DNA of 64,000 nucleotides from Flavobacteriaceae bacterium (GCA_049596815.1 JBMYLY010000002.1:415-64414); one strand, 5' to 3'. Counted from the stretch's first letter, positions 38,502 to 47,535 are shown. Program-made: numbers and translations. Notes: generated by a model from the sequence alone, not told the origin.

Positions 38502-39638
38502 ATGATCAACAAACGTTTGTTGGTAAAAAACCTGCTGGCTCATAATGACGAAAATAGTTTTTATGACAAAAAGCTACGTCTCAATATTGGGCACAAAGAA
38601 GGCAAAGCCAAGTTTTTAAAGCACATCTGTGCCTTGTCTAACTCCAACCCAAAAAACAACTCTTATATCGTTGTAGGCATCAAAGATGAAGATAACGAAA
38701 TCGTGGGGGTTGATTTTTTTGATGATGCCAAATTGCAAAATCTCATCAATGCCTACTTGGAAAACCCGCCCATAGTGGCTTACGAAAACATCCATTTTCC
38801 ACACCTTCCCAATGGAAAAGTAGTGGGGCTGGTTACCATTCAGCCCACTGAAAAACTTACTGCACTTCGCAAAAACATTTGGAAATACTACGGAGGTTCG
38901 GTCTTTTTCAGAGAGGGTAGTATTTCCAAATCGGTGGTGTTTGACATCGAAATCAAAGATGTCAACGCTGCGGTGGTGACAGAAATCGAAAACCATGCCC
39001 GCAACAATATAGAACTCACTTTAGACGGCGTCATCGATTTTGTGCAAAGACACCACAGCGGACTACACACCAACTACAAGGTGTTTAAAGAGACTTTTGT
39101 GGTCTGTTGGGCGGGCATGGAGAAGAAAGTGAAAGACCGCCTGTATTATTCCCGTGTAGATATTGAGCTGATCAACGAGCAAGTCAAGCTGTTTTATTCT
39201 GCCTATGACGAGGTAGAAATTGTATATGATGAAAACTCTTTTAGCCTCATCGAATATGTGCGTTTGGGGCTCAATGATTCTTACAAGTACTATCCCCTTG
39301 AGCAAGTCAACTTGTCTTTTGACAACAATGGCACCTACCAAATTCAGAGTGATTTTCTATTTAGCCCCCCCGAATTTGAAAAAAAACAACTTCATCATAT
39401 CTACAACAATCAAAAAGCACTTTTGTCAAAACTCAACCAAAAGAGCAGGCTGACCCAAACCCAAATCAGAGAAGCCGAAAACCTAGCTGCTACCCTTATG
39501 CTGTGTTACCTCAACGGTTTTGATGAAGCCAAAGAGCTGATATACAATGCCCAAAACACGCTTAGGGGATTAAATGAAAAAGCCTACCAGAACTACAAGG
39601 ACACATTGCGGATTTTAAGGAAAATCAAATACCATTAA
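38502..39638 (+). CDS. AlbA_2 (Schlafen-like putative nucleic-acid-binding) domain protein with an unassigned ~230-aa C-terminal half
   Basis: The first ~150 aa fit the AlbA_2 pattern. That pattern is E..FYDKK...KFLKHICALSNSNP..NSYIVVGIKDEDNEIVGV ... GKVVGLVTIQP ... VFFREGSIS. I recognise no motif in the C-terminal half. Confidence 0.6.
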   Translation: MINKRLLVKNLLAHNDENSFYDKKLRLNIGHKEGKAKFLKHICALSNSNPKNNSYIVVGIKDEDNEIVGVDFFDDAKLQNLINAYLENPPIVAYENIHFPHLPNGKVVGLVTIQPTEKLTALRKNIWKYYGGSVFFREGSISKSVVFDIEIKDVNAAVVTEIENHARNNIELTLDGVIDFVQRHHSGLHTNYKVFKETFVVCWAGMEKKVKDRLYYSRVDIELINEQVKLFYSAYDEVEIVYDENSFSLIEYVRLGLNDSYKYYPLEQVNLSFDNNGTYQIQSDFLFSPPEFEKKQLHHIYNNQKALLSKLNQKSRLTQTQIREAENLAATLMLCYLNGFDEAKELIYNAQNTLRGLNEKAYQNYKDTLRILRKIKYH

Positions 39639-40195
39639 AACTGAAGGGTCGCCAAAAAATCCGCCACTACTTGGGAAACCAAATGATTGACTGCCTCTCC
39701 AGCTTTGATTTTGTCTCTTACTTGAGTGGCAGAAATATCCATAAAAGGCGCATCCAACAATATGCGTTTCTCGCTAGAAGTAGGTAGCTCAAATCCTAAT
39801 CGGGGGTAGATCATAATGTCATACTCCAAAAGCGCAACCCCCTTTTTCCATTGGGGAATCTGCGCAAAGGTATCTGCCCCCATCAGCAACACATATTGGG
39901 CAGTGGGATCTTGCTGCATCAAATGGTGCAAGGTGTCCAAGGTGTAACTCGGTTTGGGCAAGTGAAACTCTACATCGCTGACCGACATATTGGGTTGGTT
40001 TGCTAACACCTTTGACGCCAATTCCAACCGTTGTTGTTCGGGCAGCAAATCGGTCTGTTTTTTGAAGGGGTTTTGGGGGGTTACCACAAAAGTAACATGG
40101 TCGATTCGTTGAGATTGTAGTGCAGCCTTGGCCACCCCGAGGTGTCCGTGGTGAATGGGATTAAAGCTGCCAAAAAACAATGCGGTTTGGCTCAT
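39635..40195 (-). CDS. nadD: nicotinate-nucleotide adenylyltransferase
   Basis: It has the (H/T)xGH motif FGSFNPIHHGHL and a late ISATQVR motif. Confidence 0.85.
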   Translation of the reverse strand: MSQTALFFGSFNPIHHGHLGVAKAALQSQRIDHVTFVVTPQNPFKKQTDLLPEQQRLELASKVLANQPNMSVSDVEFHLPKPSYTLDTLHHLMQQDPTAQYVLLMGADTFAQIPQWKKGVALLEYDIMIYPRLGFELPTSSEKRILLDAPFMDISATQVRDKIKAGEAVNHLVSQVVADFLATLQF

Positions 40196-40758
40196 GAATT
40201 GATAAAATCAGCCACAATACGATAAAGTTCAGATTGGGCTTGTTCTAGGTTGTCATTAGTAATAATATGATCGAATTGATCCGCCAGGGCCAATTCTTGC
40301 GTCGCTTTTTGTAAGCGCATCTCAATGTCTTTTATGCTATCTGTGTTGCGTTTTCGAAGACGTTGTGACAGGGTTTCCAGATTGGGTGGCTGAATAAAAA
40401 TCGAACAGGTTTGTTCAGGGTATTTGTTTTTGATATTGATTCCTCCAACCACATCTATGTCAAAAACCACATGTTTGCCTTGCGCCCAGATACGCTCAAT
40501 TTCACTGTGCAAAGTGCCGTAGAACATCCCCGGATACACCTCTTCATACTCCACAAATGCATCGGCTTGTATTTGTTGTTGAAACGCTTCGGGCGATAGA
40601 AAAAAATACGCTTTTCCATGCTGTTCTTGTCCCCTTGGAGCCCGAGAGGTAGCCGAAACAGAAAAGACAAGTTTGAGTTCGCTGTGTTGCATCAGCGCCT
40701 TGGCCAAGGTGGTTTTTCCACTGCCCGATGGTGCCGACAAAACGATGCATTTGTTCAT
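40192..40758 (-). CDS. gmk: guanylate kinase
   Basis: It has the P-loop SAPSGSGKTT and Gmk-type motifs (TSRAPRGQEQHGKAYFF, EYEEVYPGMFYGT). Confidence 0.9.
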   Translation of the reverse strand: MNKCIVLSAPSGSGKTTLAKALMQHSELKLVFSVSATSRAPRGQEQHGKAYFFLSPEAFQQQIQADAFVEYEEVYPGMFYGTLHSEIERIWAQGKHVVFDIDVVGGINIKNKYPEQTCSIFIQPPNLETLSQRLRKRNTDSIKDIEMRLQKATQELALADQFDHIITNDNLEQAQSELYRIVADFINS

Positions 40759-41619
40759 CTATAACACGTTGAGCAATTGTTCTTTGATGCGCTCCAAGGC
40801 ATCTTTCATTTCTACGACTTGCTTTTGGACGTCCACATCATTGGCTTTTGAGCCTATGGTATTGACCTCTCGACCGATTTCTTGGGCTACAAATCCCAGT
40901 TTTTTTCCTTTGGTTGGGGTTTTGTTGTCCAAAATCTCTCTGAAAAAGGCCAAATGTTGTGACAAGCGCACCAACTCCTCATTGATGTCTAATTTTTCGA
41001 GATAATAGACCAGTTCTTGGGCAAAACGGTTTTCATCTGCCTCCACAGACAATTGGTCGAGGGCTTCCTTCAGCCGTGATTTGACCCTTTCGGTGCGTTG
41101 TTCTTTAAGCTGGTCTACGGCTTGTAGCCCTTGTTCTATCGTTCCCAACTGATTAAGCAAATCCGAATGCATGGCTGTGCCCTCTTGTTTTCTGTGATCT
41201 GTCAGGTGCGCCGTGGCTTTATCAAGCAATTGGGTTAGCATTTGTTGTTCCGCTGCCGACAGATTGTGCTGTTGGGGAAGCAAAGCCTCTGGCAAACGGA
41301 GTGCCATCTGCAAGTGTTGGCCGTCTTCAGCTGCTGCGATGTCTTGAAGTTGATGGATATAAGCCTTGATAACCGCTTTGTTCAGGGTGGCTGCAGTTGC
41401 AGCACCGTGGGTTTCTCGCTGGATGTTAAGATCAACTTTCCCTCGAAGCAGTGCCTGTCCGACTTGCTTGCGTATGTCTTGTTCTATCACGCGGAAAGCT
41501 TGAGGCAAGCGCAGGTTGAGCTCCAAATTTTTGCTGTTTAGCGCACGTATCTCAACAGCCACCTTGACGCCATCGGCTTCTTGCTCGGACCGACCAAAAC
41601 CGGTCATGGAAAAAATCAT
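40759..41619 (-). CDS. yicC: YicC-family stress-induced protein
   Basis: It starts with MTGFGRSE and ends with the C-terminal DUF1732-type motif QEIGREVNTIGSKAND. Confidence 0.85.
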   Translation of the reverse strand: MIFSMTGFGRSEQEADGVKVAVEIRALNSKNLELNLRLPQAFRVIEQDIRKQVGQALLRGKVDLNIQRETHGAATAATLNKAVIKAYIHQLQDIAAAEDGQHLQMALRLPEALLPQQHNLSAAEQQMLTQLLDKATAHLTDHRKQEGTAMHSDLLNQLGTIEQGLQAVDQLKEQRTERVKSRLKEALDQLSVEADENRFAQELVYYLEKLDINEELVRLSQHLAFFREILDNKTPTKGKKLGFVAQEIGREVNTIGSKANDVDVQKQVVEMKDALERIKEQLLNVL

Positions 41620-41682
41620 ACCTCTGCTTTGGGCTCAAAGGTACGAAAAGCGGTGGTTATGAGTGGGAGTCCCAACGGGTAT

Positions 41683-42252
41683 TCACAATCCAAAAACACG
41701 TACATCGTCCACAAAATACCCTCCATCCAATTGGGTGTTGGTCCCCGATCCAACATATTTAAAAGCAATGTACAAGTTGCCGGAATAGGACGAAAGATCA
41801 ACTTCGCCCGAAGGCACAAAGTCATACCAATCGTCATCCAAACTAGCCAAGCGCGCCTCCATTGGTTCCCAAGTAGCTGACAACACATTTGTTCCATCAA
41901 AGTCCGTTGAGACAAAAACCTCAAGGATGTTGTCGGGGGAAGATAGATGATGTTGCGCCGTTTGAAAAACCAATATGGCGCCGTTGTGATTATCTAAATT
42001 AATAGGCGGGGTAACCAACCAGCCAATGTTAGCCACATCACCTGAAAGAAAGGGGCTAAACTCTGTATAACCATTACCCCCGAAAATTTCTTCTATCCAC
42101 AGCCTGTTTCCTGCCTCGGCAAAATTCGTCCAGCCTTCCAAGTCCAAGTTGGTGTTGTGATCAATGTCCTGAAAATCTTCCTCAAAAATCGTGTTACAAA
42201 CCACCGGCGACAAAAAGCAAGCCTTAAGCCAAGGGCAGTTGTTTAATCCCAT
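41683..42252 (-). CDS. choice-of-anchor J-like domain protein that appears 5'-truncated or chimeric at its N-terminus
   Basis: It has the pattern EEDFQD...GWTNFAEAGNRLW ... LYIAFKYVGSG...GGYFVDDVRVFG. There is no credible signal peptide. The first ~11 codons are antisense to sequence homologous to the neighbouring EEP gene remnant. Confidence 0.5.
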   Translation of the reverse strand: MGLNNCPWLKACFLSPVVCNTIFEEDFQDIDHNTNLDLEGWTNFAEAGNRLWIEEIFGGNGYTEFSPFLSGDVANIGWLVTPPINLDNHNGAILVFQTAQHHLSSPDNILEVFVSTDFDGTNVLSATWEPMEARLASLDDDWYDFVPSGEVDLSSYSGNLYIAFKYVGSGTNTQLDGGYFVDDVRVFGL

Positions 42253-42544
42253 GGAACAGCTTTTTAAAAATGGGGTTGGTAGCAGCAGCTACAGAGACCG
42301 CTGGCATATGTTGGACCAAATCTATATGACCCACTATTGGCTGAAGCCCGACAACCATTCATGGCGATATTGGAAAGCCGCTGTTTTTCAGCCCCCTTTT
42401 TTAATCAACCAAAAAGGCAGGTACAAGGGTTATCCGTTTCGCAGTTTTACTGGGGGTAAATTTACCAACGGCTACAGCGATCATTTTCCGGTATATGCGT
42501 ATGTGATTCGTCAGCCTAAGCCTAAGACTGAAACAAGGCTTTAA
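42191..42544 (+). pseudogene. C-terminal remnant (~100 aa) of an endonuclease/exonuclease/phosphatase (EEP) family gene
   Basis: Only the C-terminal end of the EEP fold remains (GQLFNPMEQLFKNGVGSSSYRDRWHMLDQIY ... GRYKGYPFRSFTGGKFTNGYSDHFPVYAYV). The N-terminal ~230 aa that carry most catalytic residues are absent. Confidence 0.6.
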
Positions 42545-43037
42545 GCTCGGTTGCCTGGTCGGGAGAAAGTTTTCCGGCTAAAATCAGGCTGAGCTGTCTT
42601 CGACGCAGTGCGGCATCATAACGTTGCTTTTCAAGTTCGGTTTCCGGCACTATAGGCGGCACGGGTGTGGGTTTTCCGTCCGCATCCACAGCAACAAAAG
42701 TATAAATAGCTTCATTGACCTTTTCACGTTGGGTCATACTGCCGCGAGGCTCCATCCAAACATCGATAAAGACCTCCATAGAAGAACCAAACGCACGCGA
42801 AACTTTGGCCTCCAACATCAGCACACTACCCAGTGGGACGGGCTTGCTAAAATGTACATGGTTGACAGAAGCGGTCACCACTATGTTTTCGGCATGCCGT
42901 TCAGCTGCAATACAAGCCGCGCGATCCATTCGTGCCAACAACTCTCCCCCAAACAAATTGTTGAGTGGGTTGGTGTCACTTGGTAGCACCAAATCCGTCA
43001 TCACGGTTTTGGAATGTTCGGGCGATTTGGCCATCAT
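42522..43037 (-). CDS. acyl-CoA thioesterase (hotdog fold, YciA-like)
   Basis: 171 aa with N-terminal VLPSDTNPLNNLFGGELLARMD and a hotdog core. Confidence 0.8.
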   Translation of the reverse strand: MMAKSPEHSKTVMTDLVLPSDTNPLNNLFGGELLARMDRAACIAAERHAENIVVTASVNHVHFSKPVPLGSVLMLEAKVSRAFGSSMEVFIDVWMEPRGSMTQREKVNEAIYTFVAVDADGKPTPVPPIVPETELEKQRYDAALRRRQLSLILAGKLSPDQATELKALFQS

Positions 43038-43040
43038 GGG

Positions 43041-43940
43041 TTATTGTTTAAGGAGCCAAGCGTCTTTGATGTCGTCACGCTGCACTTGGCGAAGAAAAGC
43101 AACGGCCGATGGCTTGTCAGTAAAACTGCCCAAGCTCACAGGATGTAGCCCTCTTTTGTTGGGGCTGAGCTGATGCGCGCCTGTGTAACCTTTAGATTTT
43201 AGGGTCTGCACATAGCGCTCCGCATTGGTAGGTACACCAAATGCGCCGCCAATTATATGGTAGTGTTCTGAAGTGTTATTGATAGTAAGCACCGGTAGAT
43301 CTCCCAAATCAAATACCGCTTCCTGAACTTCTGTTTGGGCCTCCGCTCGCAGCGATGCTTCTTGTGCAAGAAGTTGGTCTTGGGCATAGTCATTGTAGCT
43401 AAACACCCCCGCATATCCAATGGCCAAAGCTACGGCAGCAGCCGCTGCATACCTTAAAAGGCTATCAGAGGTTTTGGGTGCCATCACCACGGGCGTTTGT
43501 TTGGGTTGTACTGGGAGAGAGCGATCAATTTTCAACGCCGGTATGGGTGCTAACCCAAAAGATGCCGTCAGGTGGTTGTGTGATTGAGATGGAGTAAAAA
43601 CAATGTTGTTTTCAGCGTTCAGCGCAAGGATTCCTATGCGATCCAACAACAAGGTTTCTGCTTGATGGAGTTGTGCTTTCCACCGCACCACTTCTTTGTG
43701 AATCGCACGAACGGCCTCCTCATAGGCAATACCTTCTGATTGGGCCACTGCCTGAGCCAATAGGCCATCGTTGGATTGCAGCTGACTGTTAAAAGAAATG
43801 CTTTTTGAAGGCGGATAGATCATTTGGTCGGCCTCGCTGAGTCGGGCTGAAACCGCCTCACCCAAAAATGCGCCGAAGCCGGGAACGGCCACACAATCAT
43901 GGCGATACAATAAATGGCTGATATGTTTGGAAAGCTGCAT
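43041..43940 (-). CDS. HU-like (HU-CCDC81) plus SPOR domain protein
   Basis: The N-terminus ISHLLYRHDCVAVPGFGAF is typical of the HU-CCDC81 domain, and the C-terminal ~75 aa are SPOR-like (YHIIGGAFGVPTNAERYVQTLKSKGY). The ORF track starts at TTG 43946; I prefer ATG 43940. Confidence 0.7.
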   Translation of the reverse strand: MQLSKHISHLLYRHDCVAVPGFGAFLGEAVSARLSEADQMIYPPSKSISFNSQLQSNDGLLAQAVAQSEGIAYEEAVRAIHKEVVRWKAQLHQAETLLLDRIGILALNAENNIVFTPSQSHNHLTASFGLAPIPALKIDRSLPVQPKQTPVVMAPKTSDSLLRYAAAAAVALAIGYAGVFSYNDYAQDQLLAQEASLRAEAQTEVQEAVFDLGDLPVLTINNTSEHYHIIGGAFGVPTNAERYVQTLKSKGYTGAHQLSPNKRGLHPVSLGSFTDKPSAVAFLRQVQRDDIKDAWLLKQ

Positions 43941-43943
43941 GTT

Positions 43944-43951
43944 CAAAAATA
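43944..43951 (-). promoter_or_regulatory. -7 box candidate (TATTTTTG on the minus strand), 3 nt before the SPOR-protein ATG
   Basis: The plus strand reads CAAAAATA. On the minus strand the sequence is TATTTTTG-AAC-ATG. Confidence 0.4.
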
Positions 43952-44026
43952 AGGATTTTTTAGGGTTTTTACGAATCGATATTGCACAAATCCCAATGTT
44001 TGTTAAATTCGTACAAACGCCCCGCC

Positions 44027-44640
44027 ATGCACGAATCTTTGGCCCTTATGGCCCTTCTCCATGCCAAACATATTGGCCCCCGAACTGCACGTGTTTTGCT
44101 TTCTCATTATCAGTCTGCGGAGGAAGTGTTTCGCCAAAAAAACAAAAAGAAACCCAGCTTGCCTGGTATCGGACCTGTGGTTTGGGAAGCTCTAAGAGAC
44201 AAATCCATTCAACGTGCGGCAGAAAAAGAGTGGGCTTATATAGAAAAATCCAAAATCTCGTTTTTGGATTTTCGAGACAAGGCATTTCCCCAGTCCCTAA
44301 ACCACTGCCCGGACGGACCCCTGATGCTTTTCTATAGTGGTACAGCCATCCATAACGCAAAACGCATGTGGCACAATTGCTAGACGGGGCGGAAGACTTG
44401 ATAGAGTCTTTGGGCTGGGAAGCACACAAAAAAGAAGCATTCCAACAAAAGATTCATTTTAAATCAGACAACCCGGAACATCAAAAAATTCTTGAACAAC
44501 TCCAAAACGGCACTGAACTGCTAGACGTAATAGCACTAAATACAGGGCTGCCAGTATCGACAGTTGCGACATTGCTATTTGAGTTGGAAATGATGGGGGC
44601 CGTACGACCTATGGCCGGGAAAAGATTTGGTTTGGCTTAA
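44027..44640 (+). pseudogene. dprA: dprA (DNA-processing protein A) with an internal deletion of the Rossmann-fold core and a frameshift
   Basis: ORF 44027..44383 encodes the DprA N-terminal helical domain up to PLMLFYSGTAIHNAKR and then stops. ORF 44368..44640, in another frame, encodes only the extreme C-terminus (AQLLDGAEDLIESLGW and a winged helix LLFELEMMGAVRPMAGKRF). About 200 aa of core are missing. Confidence 0.7.
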
Positions 44641-45605
44641 AATCCCAATTGAGTGCGCACCCTTTGCAAAACTGAGTTGGCGGTTTCTTGCGCTCGATCG
44701 GCGCCTATTTTCAAAACTTCCTCCATGGCATTGGTATCGGCCATGTAGTGATTGAAACGGGTGCGGGCTGTGTCAAACTTGGTGAGTAAGGCTTCGTACA
44801 ATGCTTGTTTGGCGTGTCCATAACCATAGCCGCCCGCAGTGTAGTTGTCGTGCATTTCTTGGATTTGAGCGGGGGTGGCAACCTGTTGGTACAAAGAAAA
44901 AACCGTACAGGCGTCTGGGTTTTTAGGGGCTTCTAAAGGCGTGCTGTCTGTGGCAATACCCATCACTTGTTTGCGAAGTTGTTTTTCAGGCAAAAACACA
45001 TCAATAATGTTGTTTTTTGATTTGCTCATTTTGCCGCCATCTGTTCCAAGGACATACATATTGGCATCGCGCAATACCGCTTCTGGAAGGACAAATGTGT
45101 CACCAAATTGGGCATGAAAACGGTTGGCTACGTCGCGGGTCATTTCTAGGTGTTGAAGCTGATCTTTGCCCACGGGCACCTGATCGGCATCATAAAGTAA
45201 AATGTCGGCTGCCATGAGCATGGGGTAGGTAAACAAGCCGGCATTAACATCTTCGAGGCGGTCGGCTTTGTCTTTAAAAGAGTGTGCCAAGGCGAGTCTG
45301 CTGTATGGGAAAAAACAGTTCAAATACCAAGCAAGTTCCGTGACTTGAGGCACATCTGATTGTCGGTAAAAGCAAGTCGCATCGGGGTCTAAGCCACATG
45401 CCAACCAAGCAGCCGCTGTCGAAAGTGTGTTTTGTTTGGCCTGTTCGGCATCTTTGATTTGGGTCAATGCGTGCAAATCGGCTATAAACAAAAAGGATTC
45501 ATGTTCGGGTGCTTTGGCCAATTCAATGGCGGGCAGAATGGCTCCTAGCAAATTTCCCAAATGCGGGGTTCCAGTGCTTTGAATTCCGGTAAGAATGCGC
45601 GCCAT
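44637..45605 (-). CDS. trpS: tryptophan--tRNA ligase
   Basis: It has a HIGH-type motif (GTPHLGNLLG) and KMSKS (GGKMSKSKNN). I trimmed the start to ATG 45605 (MARILTGIQSTG). Confidence 0.92.
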   Translation of the reverse strand: MARILTGIQSTGTPHLGNLLGAILPAIELAKAPEHESFLFIADLHALTQIKDAEQAKQNTLSTAAAWLACGLDPDATCFYRQSDVPQVTELAWYLNCFFPYSRLALAHSFKDKADRLEDVNAGLFTYPMLMAADILLYDADQVPVGKDQLQHLEMTRDVANRFHAQFGDTFVLPEAVLRDANMYVLGTDGGKMSKSKNNIIDVFLPEKQLRKQVMGIATDSTPLEAPKNPDACTVFSLYQQVATPAQIQEMHDNYTAGGYGYGHAKQALYEALLTKFDTARTRFNHYMADTNAMEEVLKIGADRAQETANSVLQRVRTQLGF

Positions 45606-45630
45606 ATTGCTTGTGGGTTTATCGCTTGTA

Positions 45631-45638
45631 CAAAGGTA
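45631..45638 (-). promoter_or_regulatory. -7 box candidate (TACCTTTG on the minus strand) for trpS
   Basis: The plus strand reads CAAAGGTA, 25 nt upstream of ATG 45605. Confidence 0.4.
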
Positions 45639-45664
45639 AGTGTTTTGGATTATCCTCAAATTAG

Positions 45665-45672
45665 TATTTTTG
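45665..45672 (+). promoter_or_regulatory. -7 box candidate (TATTTTTG), 3 nt before the second plsC-family ATG
   Basis: The sequence is TATTTTTG-GAC-ATG, the same arrangement as at 43944..43951. Confidence 0.4.
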
Positions 45673-45675
45673 GAC

Positions 45676-46434
45676 ATGCTGAAACTGCTGCGGATTGCCC
45701 TTTTAGGGTTGTGGAATGTCTGGTTTTACATATTAGCGGGAATCGGTGTTATTTTGTGTTTGCCCTTATTAATCCTCTTTCTCCAGCGTGAGTCTTGGTA
45801 TCGCCATGTGTTCTGGTTGGCACGCCACGTGTGGTCACCCATCATTTTGTATGGAATGGGCTTTTGGCCTAGAGTCAAAAAATTGCAAAAGTTGGAAAGG
45901 GGTCAAAACTATATGTTTATTGCCAATCATCTCAGCATGATTGACATCATGATGATGCTAGTAGCCATTCCAAATCCTTTTGTATTTGTGGGAAAGGCAG
46001 AATTGCAGCGTATTCCTTTGTTTAATTATATCTACCGGCGCGCGGCCATACTGGTGGATAGAGACAGTGCGCAAAGTCGTAAAAATGTCTATCCCAATGC
46101 CCAGCGAAAACTCGACATGGGCTACAGCATCTGTATCTACCCAGAGGGTTTAGTGCCGCATCCGGACGTGTATCTTGCACCTTTTAAAAATGGGGCTTTT
46201 AGCCTGGCCATTCAATACCAAATCCCTATTGTACCGGTGACATTGCCCGACTGCAAAAAACGATTTCCTTTTCAGTTTTCATACAAATATTGGATTGGAA
46301 AACCCGGGGTAGTGCGGGCGACCATTCACCCGCAAATCGACACAAAAGGATACACGTCCAGAGACGTTCAAAAATTGAAAGCTGAGGTTTACGAGTTGTT
46401 AAGCGAAAAGCTAAAAGATGAAGGCTATTCTTGA
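45676..46434 (+). CDS. lysophospholipid acyltransferase (PlsC family), second copy in the window
   Basis: It has the HX4D block (ANHLSMID) and a YPEG block. I trimmed the start to ATG 45676, directly behind a TATTTTTG box. Confidence 0.8.
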   Translation: MLKLLRIALLGLWNVWFYILAGIGVILCLPLLILFLQRESWYRHVFWLARHVWSPIILYGMGFWPRVKKLQKLERGQNYMFIANHLSMIDIMMMLVAIPNPFVFVGKAELQRIPLFNYIYRRAAILVDRDSAQSRKNVYPNAQRKLDMGYSICIYPEGLVPHPDVYLAPFKNGAFSLAIQYQIPIVPVTLPDCKKRFPFQFSYKYWIGKPGVVRATIHPQIDTKGYTSRDVQKLKAEVYELLSEKLKDEGYS

Positions 46435-47426
46435 TTGTCTTGGTTGCGAATAAGGCCCTCAATTTCTTCCGCCAACTCTACATTGTCTTCTAAAAGCTTA
46501 ATAACACTTTCCCGGCCTTGACCGAGTTTGGTGTCGCCGTAGCTAAACCATGAACCGCTTTTTTTAACAATTTCTGATTCGACACCCAGATCCAAAAGCT
46601 CTCCGATTCTGGAGATGCCTCTGCCATAAAGAATGTCAAACTCAACCGTTTTAAAGGGAGGTGCTACCTTGTTCTTAACGACTTTGACACGCGTGCGATT
46701 TCCAGTGATGCCACCTTGGGCATCTTTGATTTGTGTAGATCGGCGAATGTCGAGTCTTACAGAAGCGTAAAATTTCAGGGCGTTTCCACCTGTGGTCGTT
46801 TCTGGGTTGCCAAACATGACTCCGATTTTTTCACGTAACTGGTTGATGAAAATAACCGTACAGTTCGTCTTGCTGATCGAGGCGGTGAGCTTGCGTAACG
46901 CCTGTGACATCAGTCGGGCATGAAGACCCATTTTAGAATCACCCATTTCACCTTCGATTTCACTTTTAGGTGTTAAGGCAGCCACCGAGTCGATGACAAT
47001 GATGTCTATCGCTCCCGATCTGATGAGGTTGTCAGCAATCTCCAAAGCTTGCTCCCCGTGGTCGGGTTGAGAAACGATTAGCTCGTCTATGTTTACGCCC
47101 AAACTCTGGGCATAATAGCGATCAAATGCATGCTCGGCATCAATAAAGGCTGCAATGCCTCCGCTTTTTTGACATTCAGCGATAGCGTGCAGGGTCAGGG
47201 TGGTTTTACCTGAAGATTCCGGACCGTAAATTTCAACCACACGACCTCTTGGATAGCCTCCCACGCCCAGGGCGGTGTCTAGCCCCAAAGAACCCGAAGA
47301 AATGGCTTCGATTTCTTCTTGAGCATCGTCGTTCATGCGCATCACGGTGCCTTTGCCGTATGCTTTGTCTAATTTATCTAGAGTGAGTTGTAGTGCCTTG
47401 AGTTTGGCATCTTTTTCATTGCCCAT
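46425..47426 (-). CDS. recA: recombinase RecA
   Basis: It has Walker [10 protein letters not shown] and is collinear with RecA over its full length ([39 protein letters not shown]). Confidence 0.97.
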   Translation of the reverse strand: MGNEKDAKLKALQLTLDKLDKAYGKGTVMRMNDDAQEEIEAISSGSLGLDTALGVGGYPRGRVVEIYGPESSGKTTLTLHAIAECQKSGGIAAFIDAEHAFDRYYAQSLGVNIDELIVSQPDHGEQALEIADNLIRSGAIDIIVIDSVAALTPKSEIEGEMGDSKMGLHARLMSQALRKLTASISKTNCTVIFINQLREKIGVMFGNPETTTGGNALKFYASVRLDIRRSTQIKDAQGGITGNRTRVKVVKNKVAPPFKTVEFDILYGRGISRIGELLDLGVESEIVKKSGSWFSYGDTKLGQGRESVIKLLEDNVELAEEIEGLIRNQDNQE

Positions 47427-47502
47427 ATTCGGAATTTTTCAGAACCCCTAAAATACAATATTCAGAGCAAAAAAAGCAGCGTTCAGGGGATTTTTAAATT
47501 CA

Positions 47503-47510
47503 TACCTTTG
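47503..47510 (+). promoter_or_regulatory. -7 box candidate (TACCTTTG) for trhO
   Basis: It lies 25 nt upstream of ATG 47536. Confidence 0.45.
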
Positions 47511-47535
47511 TCAGGTAAACTTAATACCGTATAGC

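Noticed and set aside
42715-43173. 152-aa plus-strand ORF, together with 42624..42986
   Set aside because: It is antisense to the acyl-CoA thioesterase gene and the SPOR gene end. The sense genes are well supported.
47427-47535. Weak inverted repeat (GAATTT...CCCCT / AGGGG...AAATTC) in the recA-trhO divergent spacer, considered as an SOS-type operator
   Set aside because: It has only 5-6 bp arms with many mismatches, and there is no known LexA-box-like palindrome.
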